NCBI GenBank assembly: GCA_951406725.2
Contig: OX597829.1
Coordinates: 38,192,001-38,256,000, forward strand
From: Octopus vulgaris
Lineage: Eukaryota
Length of the DNA: 64,000 nt
Reading direction: 5' to 3'
In this document: positions 1-12,327 of the stretch, piece by piece
How positions within the stretch are numbered: position 1 is the first letter of the stretch
Layout: the number at the start of each line of letters is the position of its first letter
Position numbers and translations under genes: made by a program
Notes under the pieces: generated by a model
What the model was told of the DNA's origin: nothing
The model's database searches: none
The model's input: only the letters and a program-made list of their open reading frames with translations

Positions 1-324
1 CCTCCTCTTCATCCTCTATCTCCTTCTCTTTCCTCTTCCTCATCCTCCTCTTCCTCTATCTCCTCCTCCATCTCCTCCTCTTCATCCTCCATCTGCTTCT
101 CTTTCCTCTTCCTTCTCCTTCCTCCCCCTGAATAATAATAGTTTTTCGGTGATAGCAAACTCTTATCTGCAATAGGTTCCTTAATACAAGCATCTTTATC
201 TATTTCAATCATGGAAAATTCATCACTACTTCTCTGAATTGTAATTTACCTATAGTTTCAGTTTTTCCCATTAAAATTATTTTCTATAGATTGACATATA
301 CATATACATATACATATACATACA

Positions 325-640
325 TTGAAACAAACATGAAAAAGTTTGCACCGTCATAAAGTTCAGATGTTCTGATAATATGAACATCTCTTTAAAAATC
401 AAAGGAAAAGAGGAAACTATGGACAATTCCTTCGAAACCTCCATCTTCTATACCTAGATTATAAATTCACATTATATCAATAATAATTGGTGCAATTTGT
501 TTTGTGAGTAAATGCCTAAATAATAATCTGGAGAAGGTAGGGTTTTCAGAAAAGGAAACGGACCAATTAACTAGCACATTATAAATACAATCGGTAAGTG
601 GAACAGTAAAGATATGCAAGACTTTCCCCAGGTTTAAAAT
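325..640 (+). mobile_element. Decayed C-terminus (restriction-like endonuclease) of an R4/Dong/NeSL-type non-LTR retrotransposon
   Basis: Manual translation across frameshifts: KHEKVCTVIKFRCSDNMNISLKIKGKEENYGQFLRNLHLLY..IIIGAICFV..NNLEKVGFSEKE..IQSVSGTVKICKTF. This matches the RLE pattern IE.SCP.D.N...K..EK..KY...PIIIGALG...IQ...GT.KI. It follows a (TACA)n tract. Confidence 0.65.
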
Positions 641-753
641 GTAATATTGTTTTTGTTATCTACATTCGAGAGATGGAGTTTTGTATCTTTGTTAGAAATC
701 AGCTCCTTCTTCAGAGGAAGAATTCAAATAATCAATAACAGAAGAGAACGTAC

Positions 754-934
<181 letters not shown>

Positions 935-1018
935 CTGTTGTTCGATATATACGTATACATAAATATACAAATACACATATGTTTGAGCGGAAGTGTGATT
1001 GAGTGTTGAGTGTGACAC

Positions 1019-1050
<32 letters not shown>

Positions 1051-1837
1051 AACGCGTGTGAATTGTTGAGTGTCTTTTATTCTTGTTAAGTCAATATGTG
1101 CAAAAGATGTCAATTTTATGCTTTTAAGTTAAACTGATAAGTAATTCGTAATTAAGCTAATTAATTGACATTAAGCAATTACATTAGCAGCTTTAATCTC
1201 AGTGCCGACGTGGATAGAGATTATAAGAACGAACAAGAAAGTTATATCATGTATCTTTAAATGTGATTCTAGTCCTAATTAGAATTATCAATGGCATTGT
1301 TATTGCTTCTTGAAAATCATTTTCTCAGCGATTAAATTATTCTGAGAAATTATTCTGAGATGCTTTTTGGATGAAAAATAACAAAGTTAAGGATAAAATA
1401 TTTAAGCTAGTAAACATTTGAAAGCTGATTAGAATTAATGAAAAATTCTAATGATTAATAAATGAATGTAAAAAAATTTGTAAGTCTTAATAAATGTAAT
1501 ATTTTCAATAATTATGTGTTTGCGGGAAAGACTGTTTTAACCAACGAATTATTTTAATTATTCTTAAACGTACAGCAAATAGCTCCTGTCAGGTTGATGC
1601 AGATCTTCTTAGCAAAAGCAAAGTTTTGTTTACCGAAGTGATAATAAGAGAATCATGAAATAAATGTCCAATAATATACATTGGATATATATATTTTTCA
1701 TGCCAACAACAAGCAGCTGACATGGAAAATTTTGATATTTTAGGTAATATATTACTCAGTGAAATTAAAAATTTAATTTTTAAAAATATTTTCTTCGCGA
1801 TTCGTTGAAACCATACGAGCAACATATCTCGTAAGTA

Positions 1838-2024
1838 ACTCTTTTTACTCTTTTACTTGTTTCAGTCATTTGACTGTGGCCATGCTGGAGCATCGCCTTT
1901 AGTCGAGCACATCGACAACAGGACTTATTCTTTGTAAGCCTAGTACTTATTCTATCGGTCTCTTTTGCCGAACCGCTAAGTTTCGGTGACGTAAACACAC
2001 CAGCATCGGTTGTCAAGCGATGTT

Positions 2025-2116
<92 letters not shown>

Positions 2117-2281
2117 GACGGGCTCCTTTCAGTTTCCGTCATCCAAATCCACTCGCAAGGCTTTGGTCGGCCCGAGGCTATAGTAGAAGACACTTGCCCA
2201 AGATGCCACGCCGTGGGACTGAACCCGGAACCATGTGGTTTGTAAGCAATCTACTTACCACACAGCCACTCCTCCGCCTAT
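1838..2281 (-). mobile_element. tRNA-derived CORE-type SINE (family A) with internal (TG)n and (AAAAGAGT)n tail
   Basis: Minus-strand head GGCGGAGGAGTGGCTGTGTGGTAAG...GGTTCCGGGTTCAGTCCC (A/B boxes), CORE-like CTTGGGCAAGTG, tail GCTCCAGCATGGCCACAGTCAAATGACTGAAAC; many copies in the window. Confidence 0.9.
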
Positions 2282-2399
2282 AAGGATGAAATAACATTGC
2301 ACTTTATGTGAAGTACAAAATGACCGGTTTGTTCGTTATATCTTCTTTGCATTTATTCATTCATTCATTCACACACATTAGAGTGTATTTTAATGGTAA

Positions 2400-2957
2400 T
2401 TTATCTGAAATTTTCTTGTTAAAGGTGGAGTAAAGCAAAGAGACATTCTTGCGCCAACGTTATTTGATCTTTACTTTACAGCTGTATTCATGGTAGCATT
2501 TAAAGGTAACACTAAGGGAATCTACATGAGATTTAGAACTACAGGAAAATTGTTCTACACCAAGAGATTTATCGCAGATACTAAGAGACTTGAATCTTTG
2601 CTTAGGAAACTCTTATTGTGGTTTAGTATCTCACATAGAACAGGAACTGCAGGATATGATTACGGTTTTAAAATGCACCTTACATGACTTTTGGCTTCTA
2701 AATGAATTTCAAGAAAACAGAAGTTATGTTGCAGATTGTACCTGGAAAAGCTTATGTTAAGCCAAAGATATTAACTGGAGATAAAGAAGTAAAAGTGATG
2801 AAGTCTTTTACTTATCTGGGAAGTGTCCTGTCAGATGAATCAAGTTTGTTATTCTTATAGAGAATCAAGAAGGCCTCGACAACTTTTGGAAATTTGGAAA
2901 GCAGGCTTTGGTCAAAACACGAGACCAAATTAAGCACAAAGATACCCACTTACAAAT
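2400..2957 (+). mobile_element. RTE/BovB-clade LINE reverse transcriptase fragment (decayed)
   Basis: GVKQRDILAPTLFDLYF..GIYMRFRTTGKLF..KKTEVM..FTYLGSVLS..RIKKASTTFGNLESRLW. Confidence 0.85.
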
Positions 2958-3640
2958 CTCCCTCTCCCTCTCCCTCCTCCTCCTCCTCCTCTATCTCCCT
3001 CCCCCTCCTCCTCCTTCTCCATATTCCACCACCTCCATCTCCTCTCCTTCCCTCCTCTATCTCGTCGTCCTGCTCCCCTCCTCCTCCCTTCCTCATCCCC
3101 TGAGAGGCTGGTTTATTAGAGACCCCCTTCACACATATTTTTTTTGACCAGAAGATAGTGAAGTTATAGAGCCTTGCTTCGGTCGAGAGCAAATAATAAG
3201 AGAATCATGAAATAAATGTCCAATAATATACATTGGATATATGTATTTTTCATGCCAACAACAAGCAGCTCCTCTTCCTCCTCCTCCTCCTCCTCCTCCT
3301 CCTCCTCTTCCATCTCCTCTATCTCCTCTTTCCTCTTCCTCCTCCTCCCCTTCCTTCTCCTTCCTCCCCCTCGTTTCTCCTTCGTCCTCCTCTTCCTTCT
3401 CCTTCCTCCTCTTCTTCCTTCTCCTTCCTCCTCCTCTCCCTTCTCCTTCCTCCTCATCGTCCTTCTCCTTTCTCCTCCTCTTCCTTCTTCCTCTTCTCCC
3501 TTCTTCCTCTTCCCTCACCTTCGTCTTCCTCCTCCCCTTCCTCCTCCTTTCTCTTCCGCTCCTTCGCCTTCCTCCTTCGTCTTCTTCCTTCGTCTTCGTC
3601 TTCCTCCCCTCCTCGTCATCGCCAACGCCATCGCCATCGT
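2958..3640. repeat. Pyrimidine-rich (CCT/CTT)n low-complexity tracts
   Basis: Directly visible; a similar tract lies at 1-130. Confidence 0.9.
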
Positions 3641-4542
3641 CACCATCATTCTACTTTTCTTGACAGAAAGCTCTCAAAGTTCTCTTACAACTGGGCGCTT
3701 ATTTTATTTTATTTTATTTTTTTTCCTGAAACTCTTTTCTAACTGGTTTTCTTTCCGCATCCACAATGGTGTACATATCCAGAACAGCCTTGTAGTTTTC
3801 GAGGATTAATATGCCTTGCATGTCCACATGCACTCGATCACATGTCGCTTCTTACTCTCTCTCTCCATTCACCATCTGGCCACTGCACTGCAAAATTGAC
3901 GAGGGAGCGACAACAACGACGGCAATAAAAAAACGAAGGCAAGAACATTTATATTTGAAATCAATCTTTCAGAATTTTTCTGTAATTCAATTCCAGTATT
4001 GTTAAATAATGATTTTGAAATGCATTTGTATTTGAATATCGAATGGATTTTTCTGTTCTTTTTCATCCGATCGATTTTTAGATTTTCGAATGTTTATCAG
4101 AAAAACTGAATAAGTCTTCGATTGGAATGGTGTAAAATAAAGAAGACAAACAAAATTATAAACTCTGACAAGAAGATAAGGATGCATTAACATAATTCCT
4201 ATGGCGTCCATCACATACAGTACATATCCTCTTTTCTTCTCTGTGTACTGGCATATATATCTCTTGAGTTGCTTCTCAAAAGGTCAACATTTAAATGTTA
4301 AAATTTCGAACGAAGTATTCTAATTCACATGAACAAACAAATATAAAAGATTGGAATGGAACAACACGGGGTGGGGCGCGGGTGGGGGTGGGGATGACAA
4401 GACAAAAAGCGCAGACAAAGAGAATTCATCTGTTTTTCGATAAACCAATGCGATGTATCAAAAACAATAAATATTTGGGCCCACGCACTGGTGAAATAAA
4501 TTGACAGTTTACTTGAGCTGTCATGATTGTACGGATCAACAT

Positions 4543-4543
<1 letters not shown>

Positions 4544-4592
<49 letters not shown>

Positions 4593-4659
4593 TATATACA
4601 TATATATACATATATATATATACATATATATATTCTTGTGTACACAATCATACACACCC

Positions 4660-4751
<92 letters not shown>

Positions 4752-4921
4752 CGTACATATATACATACATATATGTATGTATATATACATACATATATAT
4801 CCATATATCTATCTCTCTCTCTGTGTATATATACGTACATACATACGTATATATATGTATGTATATGTATATGTATATATATGTATATGTATGTATATAT
4901 ATATAGATGTATGTATGTATG
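4544..4921. repeat. (TA)n/(TATG)n compound microsatellite
   Basis: Directly visible. Confidence 0.95.
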
Positions 4922-5428
4922 TAAGCAGTGCACGTCATCAGAGTGACACTGGGTTACAAATATACGAAGTCCAGTATACCGTATGATAAGGGTACACCAG
5001 GCACATGCAGCGCGACATGGTGACCTCATATCAAGATAAACAGCACGTGGCCTTGCAGGTGGGGCCCAGTTAGAATTTTCTTCAGGTTGAGTAACCCATC
5101 CCGCTCAAAAGGTCTCTTAATAAGGGTTGTTTAAAGATGTTCAACGAAGCACCCATGTTTCCAAAGGTGAATTATCCAAACCTCTAAGAATTCCTTTCAA
5201 CATACGACTATGATGCTCCCCCACTACTTCTACGCGTGATCAGAGATGCACATATCGTCAGCCGCTAAGGGACATGCTCAACTGGTTAAGGTCAAACAAT
5301 TGACAAGAAAATCTGGTATGAGCAGAATATTTGCTGTAGCCCATCTTTTGTACCAAGACAAAACAATGTACATGATAACACTTCCAATCAGTTAATATCA
5401 GAAGCCATGAGAGCCACTGTCTGGTTCT
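4922..5428. mobile_element. Probable interspersed repeat (unclassified) inserted in (ATGT)n
   Basis: A more GC-rich block bounded on both sides by ATGT repeats; no ORF. Confidence 0.35.
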
Positions 5429-5450
5429 ATGTATGAATGTATGTATGTAT

Positions 5451-5826
5451 GATGCTGACATGCAGTGTCTGTGCAAGACCCTGCCTCAGTAAAGCTGGAC
5501 TCAAGAGTCATCTTCGTAGTCATAAAGCGAGACAGATGAGTGACAACCTGGCCACTGGTGGTGGTGTAACACACCATACTAATCATATCTGTTGGGCATG
5601 TGGAAGAGAGTGTAATTCGGCAGGAGGACTTAAACGACATGCAAAGGTACATGAAGCCCAGTTACAACTACAGTCGGCTATTGCCAGTAAAGGTTTTAGC
5701 TGCCAATTCTGTACAAGACATTGTAGATCTTTAGCTGAGCTAAAAAGTCACATTCGATCACAGCGCCAATAACAGTTAAGCTTCGTGCAACGGCTATACT
5801 CGATAACGAGGGGCAGCCATAATAAT
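5451..5826 (+). mobile_element. 5'-truncated LINE 3' end (RTE-like) encoding three C2H2 zinc fingers
   Basis: CSVC-x12-HLRSH, CWAC-x12-HAKVH, CQFC-x12-HIRSQ, then a stop, an RTE-type 3' stem-loop GGCTATACTCGATAACGAGGGGCAGCC and a short (TAA) tail into (ATGT)n. Confidence 0.7.
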
Positions 5827-5898
5827 GTATGTATGTATGTATGTATGTATGTATGTATGTATGTATGTATGTATGTATGTATGTATGTATGTATGTAT

Positions 5899-6056
5899 GC
5901 AGGTATTGGTGGTCCAAATCAGAGGTGCAGTCTCTGTGGGTGTCTTTTCAGAACATTGTCTGGTTTAAAAAGTCACATCAGATGTCATGATAGATCTAAT
6001 GTGTAGATACAGGAGGTGGTCAAATTCTGTATAAGGAGTAGACAACCACCATACCA
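5899..6056 (+). mobile_element. Second 5'-truncated RTE-like LINE 3' end with one C2H2 finger
   Basis: CSLC-x12-HIRCH, stop, then hairpin GGTGGT...ACCACC; flanked by (ATGT)n. Confidence 0.6.
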
Positions 6057-6158
6057 TGTATGTATGTATGTATGTATGTATGTATGTATGTATGTATGTA
6101 TGTATGTATGTATGTATGTATGTATGTATCTCTCTCTCTCTATCTATCTGTCTATCTA

Positions 6159-6246
<88 letters not shown>

Positions 6247-6340
6247 CCTGTCTATCTAGAAAGAAAGAGAGAGAGAGAGCGCAGAGAGTAATGAGAGATT
6301 GAGATGACAAAGAATAATCAGTTATCTTATGAATTTCATT

Positions 6341-6420
6341 ATCTTACATCTGTTTCTGCTACAAGATCAGTGGTCCCACATTTGAGTACCTGAGTATAAC
6401 CCTATAGTTTCATCGAAACT
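6341..6420 (-). ncRNA. Degenerate type I hammerhead-like motif
   Basis: Minus: agttTCGATGA-aa-CTATAGGG...TCTTGTAG-ca-GAAA-CAGATG-TA-agat; flank homologous to the 20408-20563 fold-back. Confidence 0.4.
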
Positions 6421-6452
6421 TCAACACGAAGTAAAGTTTATTTGGGATATAT

Positions 6453-6530
<78 letters not shown>

Positions 6531-6715
6531 GTATATATATATATATATAGTATATTGCATATGTGTTTTGTGTCCTACAGGTCATTAATATTTACGTACC
6601 AGCTGCCAAGAATGTGTTTATTATGTAAAACTGTTGTATCCAATAGCGTTACACCACTGTATTTAGTGGCTATTTAAGTTATGTGTTCCATCAGTATTAA
6701 TGGGTTGGATAGTTT

Positions 6716-6880
6716 CTGATGAAGGAGCAAAAACATTTGAAATATGTCATATACGCGCATTACCCATTTTTTAAATCTTCGAACTCGTTGTTGTTTACAT
6801 CACAAGCATCTCGGATACGAAACGTCGTAACAAAATCAGTACTGACTATGATTTCTATAGAAAATCTGCAGATAACCATA
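6716..6880 (+). repeat. Old interspersed repeat with hammerhead-like remnant (paralog at about 53417-53575)
   Basis: CTGATGAAGG..GAAATATGTC; downstream CGAAACGTCGTAAC..TTTCTATAGAAAAT is shared with 53515-53561. Confidence 0.45.
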
Positions 6881-7554
6881 ACAAGTTATGTAAAAGCACT
6901 GCTAACACAGTAGAACATGGTATTGACTTATTAAAATGTTTAATGTAGTTTATAGCATATTGCATAATGAAATACCGTGTCACTACAAGTCATTAAAACA
7001 GTTTTAGTACATTTCTTCCTAATCAGCATTTAATAAAATTCTGTTGGAAAATTTGCCTGTTGTTTTCAGAAATAACTACATATCGTTATTATTGTTGCTG
7101 ATGTCGCTGTTGTATTCCTTTAATTCCACAGCAGTTCTAATCCAAGAACCCTATTCTCAAATATATTGAAACCGTGACTAATTCTTCCTTTATGTTTTGG
7201 TCAGTTTTTATTTTTCGGACCGAGGTGTATTCAGGGCCTCATTATCCTAATTTAATTAAAAATATGAAAGGAAAATGGGCTGCTTCTTTAAGCTAGGCAG
7301 GCTACAGTCATATACAGCAGGGGTATCAAACATATATAGCCCACGTCAAGGTTTAGTCTGACCCTCGGCTTAATTTTATAAATAAATATTTAAAATTTTG
7401 TAATTTTAAACTATTCTGTAAAATAGAGTAACACCATCGATTAGTCAAATCTGTGCACCTTGGGAAATCATTTGACATCCTACTCAGTGGAAAGAACCTT
7501 ATGAATTCCAATGCTAAAAGATCTGTTCTGCTTTCCCTTCAATTTGTATATTCC

Positions 7555-9900
7555 TCCATTTGTGCGGATTCTCCTTTTATTGCTGATCGCTGATGCCACC
7601 CACCTTTTTACTGTGGCCGAATCAGTTCGAATTTCCAATTCGTGGAGCCCCCATCTCAGTGCCAAGTTCCCGCCCTTTAGTTCGGCATCTAATTCAGTCA
7701 CTTTGACGTGGCTGCAATCATCCTTTTTCTGAACAAAGCTGCATCTTCCAGCTCTACACCTCCCACTTCCAGGATGACTCCTATTGCGATGCTACTTGCA
7801 TCATACTAAACAACTCCCTTTTTTTGTTTTGGGCACATTCCAGCTGCCCCTCATTGGATCCTCCGCGCTCACTCTCTCCAAAACGTCTTGCATCGTGGCA
7901 GTTGCCTTCTCTACTTTGTCACTCCACTTTACTCCTTCGGCACGACTCTTGATGAAGCTGCATGCTGTCCGGAGCCACACTGCAATTGGGTAGTGTCCCA
8001 CCAGCTTTCCACACACGGAAAAGAGTTCTCGTCTACCCATAACTTTGCTCAGGTCCATTTCCTCGGCGTAAACAAACCTGCCCATCTTATCTCTTTCAAT
8101 ATTGAGCCCCAGCACAGCGCCTCCTTCTATGGCCTCTGGCGGTTTAGCAGTCAGCCCAAACTTCTTCAGATGATCTACGACTTCCTCTGCCGTCGCTACA
8201 CTCTCATCTACATGGATGTCATCGATGTATGAATTAGTCACTTGCTCCAACTCGGCCACCTTCCCCAAGACCGTCTTTAGGACCTTTGCTATAACTTTTG
8301 GTGCCGAACTCAAGCCAAACCCCAACGGAGTCAAGCAGTAAGTTCTACTTTTGTACCTCAAGAAACTTCCAAAGTTTGCAGATAGCCTCCGAATCCGCAA
8401 AGTTTCCCAGCAGACGTCTGCTGCCTCACCACCCAAATGGCATGACACGTGCTCATTCAGTTCACAGAAATCGAGTACTGGTCGAACCTTGTTCTTCGTG
8501 GGCTGGACCACAGCTATTAAGGGCAACATACCGTTTTTCTCTTCTCCTTCCCATGGCCTCAAGATACCCTCCTCTGTCCATCGATCCAGCCCCCTCTCGA
8601 ATTCATTCCTGGCTCCGTTTGTAACAGCTCACCCTCGCAACACCGGGGGTTTACCCTTCCAGAAGTACGCCACCGTCCATCGTGTGCCATCGAATTTGGC
8701 CCGGCAGTCCTCGTCTTCAATGTCGCATACATCGTCCCCTTTTTCTACTTGCGTTCCGTCGCTCTCAGAGCCTTCCCCCGCCTCTACATACTCATAACAC
8801 GCAGCACATCGGTTGCCGAATTCCACTCCCTTCTCGCCTACTGTCACGCCACCCAGCCGGACAATCACGTCCATTCCCACGACTACGTCAATGCCGTCCA
8901 CCACATCGTCGATAACAATCGTCTGAACTTTCACTGCCGACCCTTGCACTATCAATTGTATTCCGCTCTCGCCTCTGCACCTCACTTTCCTGCCATCCAC
9001 TGCGCTAGTCACCATTTTTACAGTCACCAAGGTTGTAGTGCAACCAGTATCCACAAGGACTCGAGCCTCTCTCGACCCCACCCGAACGTTTATTATTGGC
9101 AGTGACCGCGAGCGCGTTTCTAATGGGTTGACGGGGTGGCTACCGGCGCAGTAGCTCCGATCTATCCGTTTCCCTGTTTACATTGGTTAGCAATGTGTCC
9201 AGGCTAGTCACACCGGTAGCACACCACTTCTGGTTTCGGTGCCGTGCAATCTCCGACTATATGAGGACCCCGACACCTGAAACATGGTCCCTTCGTCGTT
9301 CGCCCAGCTTCTCTCGCCTCATTCTTCTTCCCGTTAGTTTCCATTCACCTCTTTGTCGTTCTCGTCTCCGTCATCGTACAAACTACATCGCGTGTGTTGT
9401 TCTGAATTATGACGCGAGTACGCTCTATCTCCTCGCTCACCAGCATGGTGCGGATACCCGGTAGCTTCTGCAAACTTATTGAGACGTGATCGGGAAATCC
9501 TGTCACAAAGGCCAACCTCACAACACTCTCCATTGCCTCGCCGGAAATCCCTGCTAAAGCCACCAATCTCCTAATCTCACTCGCGTAGTCGTCGACCTGT
9601 TCTCTTGTCCACTTCACGCTTCCGAACTTACTATACGCCATAAAGGCTCCCTCCGTATAAGCAACTTTCAGCCTTTCCTCTATCTTTTCGATCTTTTGAC
9701 GATCGTCTTCCGATATCTCTAGATGCAGACTCAGCGCGCTACCTTCTAAGTACAACGGTAGAAGGCTGGCTACGTCCTGTATCCCCTGTAATTTTGCCAC
9801 CAGCTTCACCTTCTTTATTCAGGCCACCACGTCGCCTTGGCCACAGAATGGTCTCAACATGTCGTTGCCGAGAGTAATTTTCGATGTCATATTTTACCGT
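7555..9900 (-). mobile_element. Decayed Ty3/Gypsy-like LTR retrotransposon internal region (gag-protease-RT-RNase H)
   Basis: gag KLVAKLQGIQDVASLLPLYLEG; knuckles CFRCRGPHIVGDC and CYRCD*PGHIANQC; protease VLVDTGCTTT; RT VRPVLDF..LGFGLSSAP..YIDD; RNase H DAS..ELDA..TDS; stops and frameshifts; no integrase or LTR recognised. Confidence 0.9.
9140..9174 (-). promoter_or_regulatory. -1 programmed ribosomal frameshift signal (gag-pol)
   Basis: Slippery G_GGA_AAC in the gag frame one codon before TAG; downstream hairpin GCTACT-gcgcc-GGTAGC; the -1 frame is open into protease VLVDTG. Confidence 0.75.
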
Positions 9901-10098
9901 AGACAGATTTTTTCCCCTTTTTCCTAGCAACGCAATGAGCCGAAATAGCTTGTGGTATGAAGAAGAAATTAGGAAAAAGAATTGAAGCTTTCTTACTTGT
10001 CGATCTGGAAGAAGCGTTCCCTCACTATACACGTGGACGTTCTCATACATACATACATACATACATACATACATACATACATACATAACGCACACACA

Positions 10099-10189
<91 letters not shown>

Positions 10190-10208
10190 ACATACTTACA
10201 TACAAAAA

Positions 10209-10440
10209 GGCGGCGAGCTGGCAGAAACGGTAGCACGCCGGGCGAAATGCGTAGCCGTATTTCGTCTGCCGTTACGTTGTGAGTTCAAATTCATCCGAAG
10301 TCGACTTTGCCTTTCATCCTTTCGGGGTCGATTAAATAAGTACCAGTTACGCACTGGGGTTGATGGACTCGACTTAATCGCCTTGTCTGTCCTTGTTTGT
10401 CCCCTCTGTGTTTAGCCCTTTGTGGGTAGTAAAGAAATAT
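10209..10440 (+). mobile_element. tRNA-derived SINE family B (Meta/MESC-like central domain)
   Basis: Head GGCGGCGAGCTGGCAGAA..GAGTTCAAATT, central GCCTTTCATCCTTTCGGGGTCGAT..AAGTACCAG, tail GTGGGTAGTAAAGAAATA. Confidence 0.9.
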
Positions 10441-10706
10441 ATATACTTACACACATGTGTGTGTATGTGTTTGTGCGTATAAATATGTATATTTATGTGT
10501 GTGTGTATATACTAGGAGTAGCGAAAAGTCATGTCACATTTCATGTAATGAATTCAAATATATTTATTCGCCCAAAAGAAGATCTCCATTGTTAACCAAT
10601 AACACTTTACCACTGCGAAGCCAGTTTCCTGATTCTTCTATAGAAGAGAAAAGTTTCTGAGGTGCCGTTTCACCATCGTCCCTGCTTCTCAATATTTTCA
10701 CACAAA

Positions 10707-10928
10707 GGCGGCGAGCTGGCAGAAACGTTAGCACGCCGGGCGACATGCGTAGCCCTATTTTGTCTGTCGTTACGTTGTGAGTTCAAATTCCGCCGAGGTC
10801 GACTTTGCCTTTCATCCTTTCGGGGTCGATTAAATAAGTACCAGTTACGCACTGGGATTGATATAATCGACTTAATAACTATGTCCCCTCTGTGTTTAGC
10901 CCCTTGTGGGTAATAAAGAAATAGGTAT
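10707..10928 (+). mobile_element. SINE family B
   Basis: Same head, core and tail as 10209. Confidence 0.9.
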
Positions 10929-10957
10929 TAAAAAAAAAAAATATATAAAAAAAAAAA

Positions 10958-11168
10958 GGCGGCGAGCTGGCAGAAACGTTAGCACGCCGGGTGAAATGCG
11001 TAGCCGTATTTCGTCTGCCGTTACGTTCTGGGTTCAAATTCCGCCGAGGTCGACTTTGCCTTTCATCCTTTCGGGGTCGATAAATCAAGTACCAGTTACG
11101 CACTGGAGTCGATGTCTCTCCTTGTTTGTTCCCTCTGTGTTTAGCCCCTTGTGGGTAGTAAAGAAATA
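10958..11168 (+). mobile_element. SINE family B
   Basis: Same head, core and tail. Confidence 0.9.
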
Positions 11169-11639
11169 AATATTTTCCCACTGGTAAAGTGTTCAAGTGA
11201 CCTGAATAAGTGAACATCTGATGGTGCAAGGCATGGCGAGCAGGGAAGGTGCGACAGAGCTTCTCAGTCCAATGAAGTTATTCTTTCTTGGTTTGTCTTG
11301 TTGAACTTGATTCGTGTAGTTGAACTTTTCTTGGGTTTCTTGTTATCATGAGGGACTTCCTTTCTCTATACACTTTTCCCACTCTGCTTGAAGTAATCTT
11401 GATCAGCGGATCAAGGTTTACTTAAGCGTTCGAGCCACTTACCCAATATTCTGATGCAGATCCTATTCATCTGCTGCTTTCATTGTGTCATTATTGAGAA
11501 CAGTTGGTCTTTCTGATTGATACCCGTCCAAAAGATTGAAATCATAATTTTTTTTTTGTTTCGTAATTTGTCAAGCCACTTCTGGCAGTTCCAAATGCTC
11601 ACAGCATCAGCATATACAGTACATATATATCTAACCTAG

Positions 11640-11926
11640 AGGTCAGAGTAGCGGATTAGCGGTCGAGGGATTGCGGGTTCGAATCTCAGATCGGGTGATG
11701 TATCTGTTTATAAGCGAAACACCTAGATTCCCCGCGGTTCCGACAGAAGGTAATGGCAAACTTCTGCTGACTCTTTCGCCACAACTTTCCCTCACCCTTT
11801 CTTCCAGCATTTAGCAGCTCACCTGCGACGGACCGGCGCCCCGTCAGGTGCGGAACCTGCACGTCAATGAAACCGGGAAACCGGCCCTTATGAGCCAGTC
11901 ATGGCTCGGGAAGGAACAAACAACAA

Positions 11927-11930
<4 letters not shown>
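11640..11930 (+). mobile_element. tRNA-derived SINE family C, tail variant 2
   Basis: Head GGTCAGAGTAGCGGA..GGTTCGAATCTC, body GCGAAACACCTA..ACTCTTTCGCCACAACTTTC, tail CTGCGACGGACCGGCGCCCCGTCAGG..GAAGGAAC(AAAC)n. Confidence 0.8.
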
Positions 11931-11963
<33 letters not shown>

Positions 11964-12327
11964 TACAATGTAAAACCTGACTAGAGAGACCAAACAACCA
12001 ACCAAACAACCAACAAACCAACCAACTGATATAGGGTATGGTTTACCAGAAGTTATTTTTAATCCATGCAAAACCAGTGAATGATAAGAATTTAGTGTAC
12101 AATTGAGTAAATGCAGAACAGATAAAAGCATTAAAAGAAAAAGTTTATATTCCAGATTCACATTTTGAAATGTTTAGATTTGTTACAGAATAACAATATT
12201 TGGCTATAATTCTAAATGTTTACTTTCGGGAAGATTCTATGACTTACAACATACATTTCGGCTTCTGGAATGTTTGATCTCTTCTTCATGCTGCTTTTAT
12301 TTTGAAATCGCGCACAAACGCAGGTGT

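Larger units (their letters stand above)
10510..11590 (-). mobile_element. Mariner transposase fossil interrupted by two SINE-B copies
   Basis: LPCSPCLAPSDVHLFRSL (YSPDLAPSD motif) at about 11190-11250; C-terminus FYRRIRKLASQW..NNGD at about 10580-10650. Confidence 0.7.

Noticed and set aside
3690-3900. Possible minus-strand host exon (TTTTGCAG acceptor, GTAAGA donor)
   Set aside because: It is very short with no recognisable protein and no partner exons; it cannot be supported without RNA data.
5437-5772. Host C2H2 zinc-finger gene
   Set aside because: The start lies in a microsatellite, there are no TGEKP linkers, and a retroelement-type 3' hairpin and tail follow.
7318-7370. hAT-like terminus CAGGGGTATCAAAC (and ..GTTGCTCATGCCTG near 58670)
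   Set aside because: These are isolated ends with no partner TIR or TSD.
9900-10040. LTR or primer-binding site of the Gypsy-like element
   Set aside because: No second LTR copy, TG..CA ends or clear tRNA complement were found.
10209-10295. tRNA-like sequences with A/B boxes (also the heads of families A and C)
   Set aside because: They are always fused to SINE bodies and tails and are multi-copy and diverged, so they are not tRNA genes.
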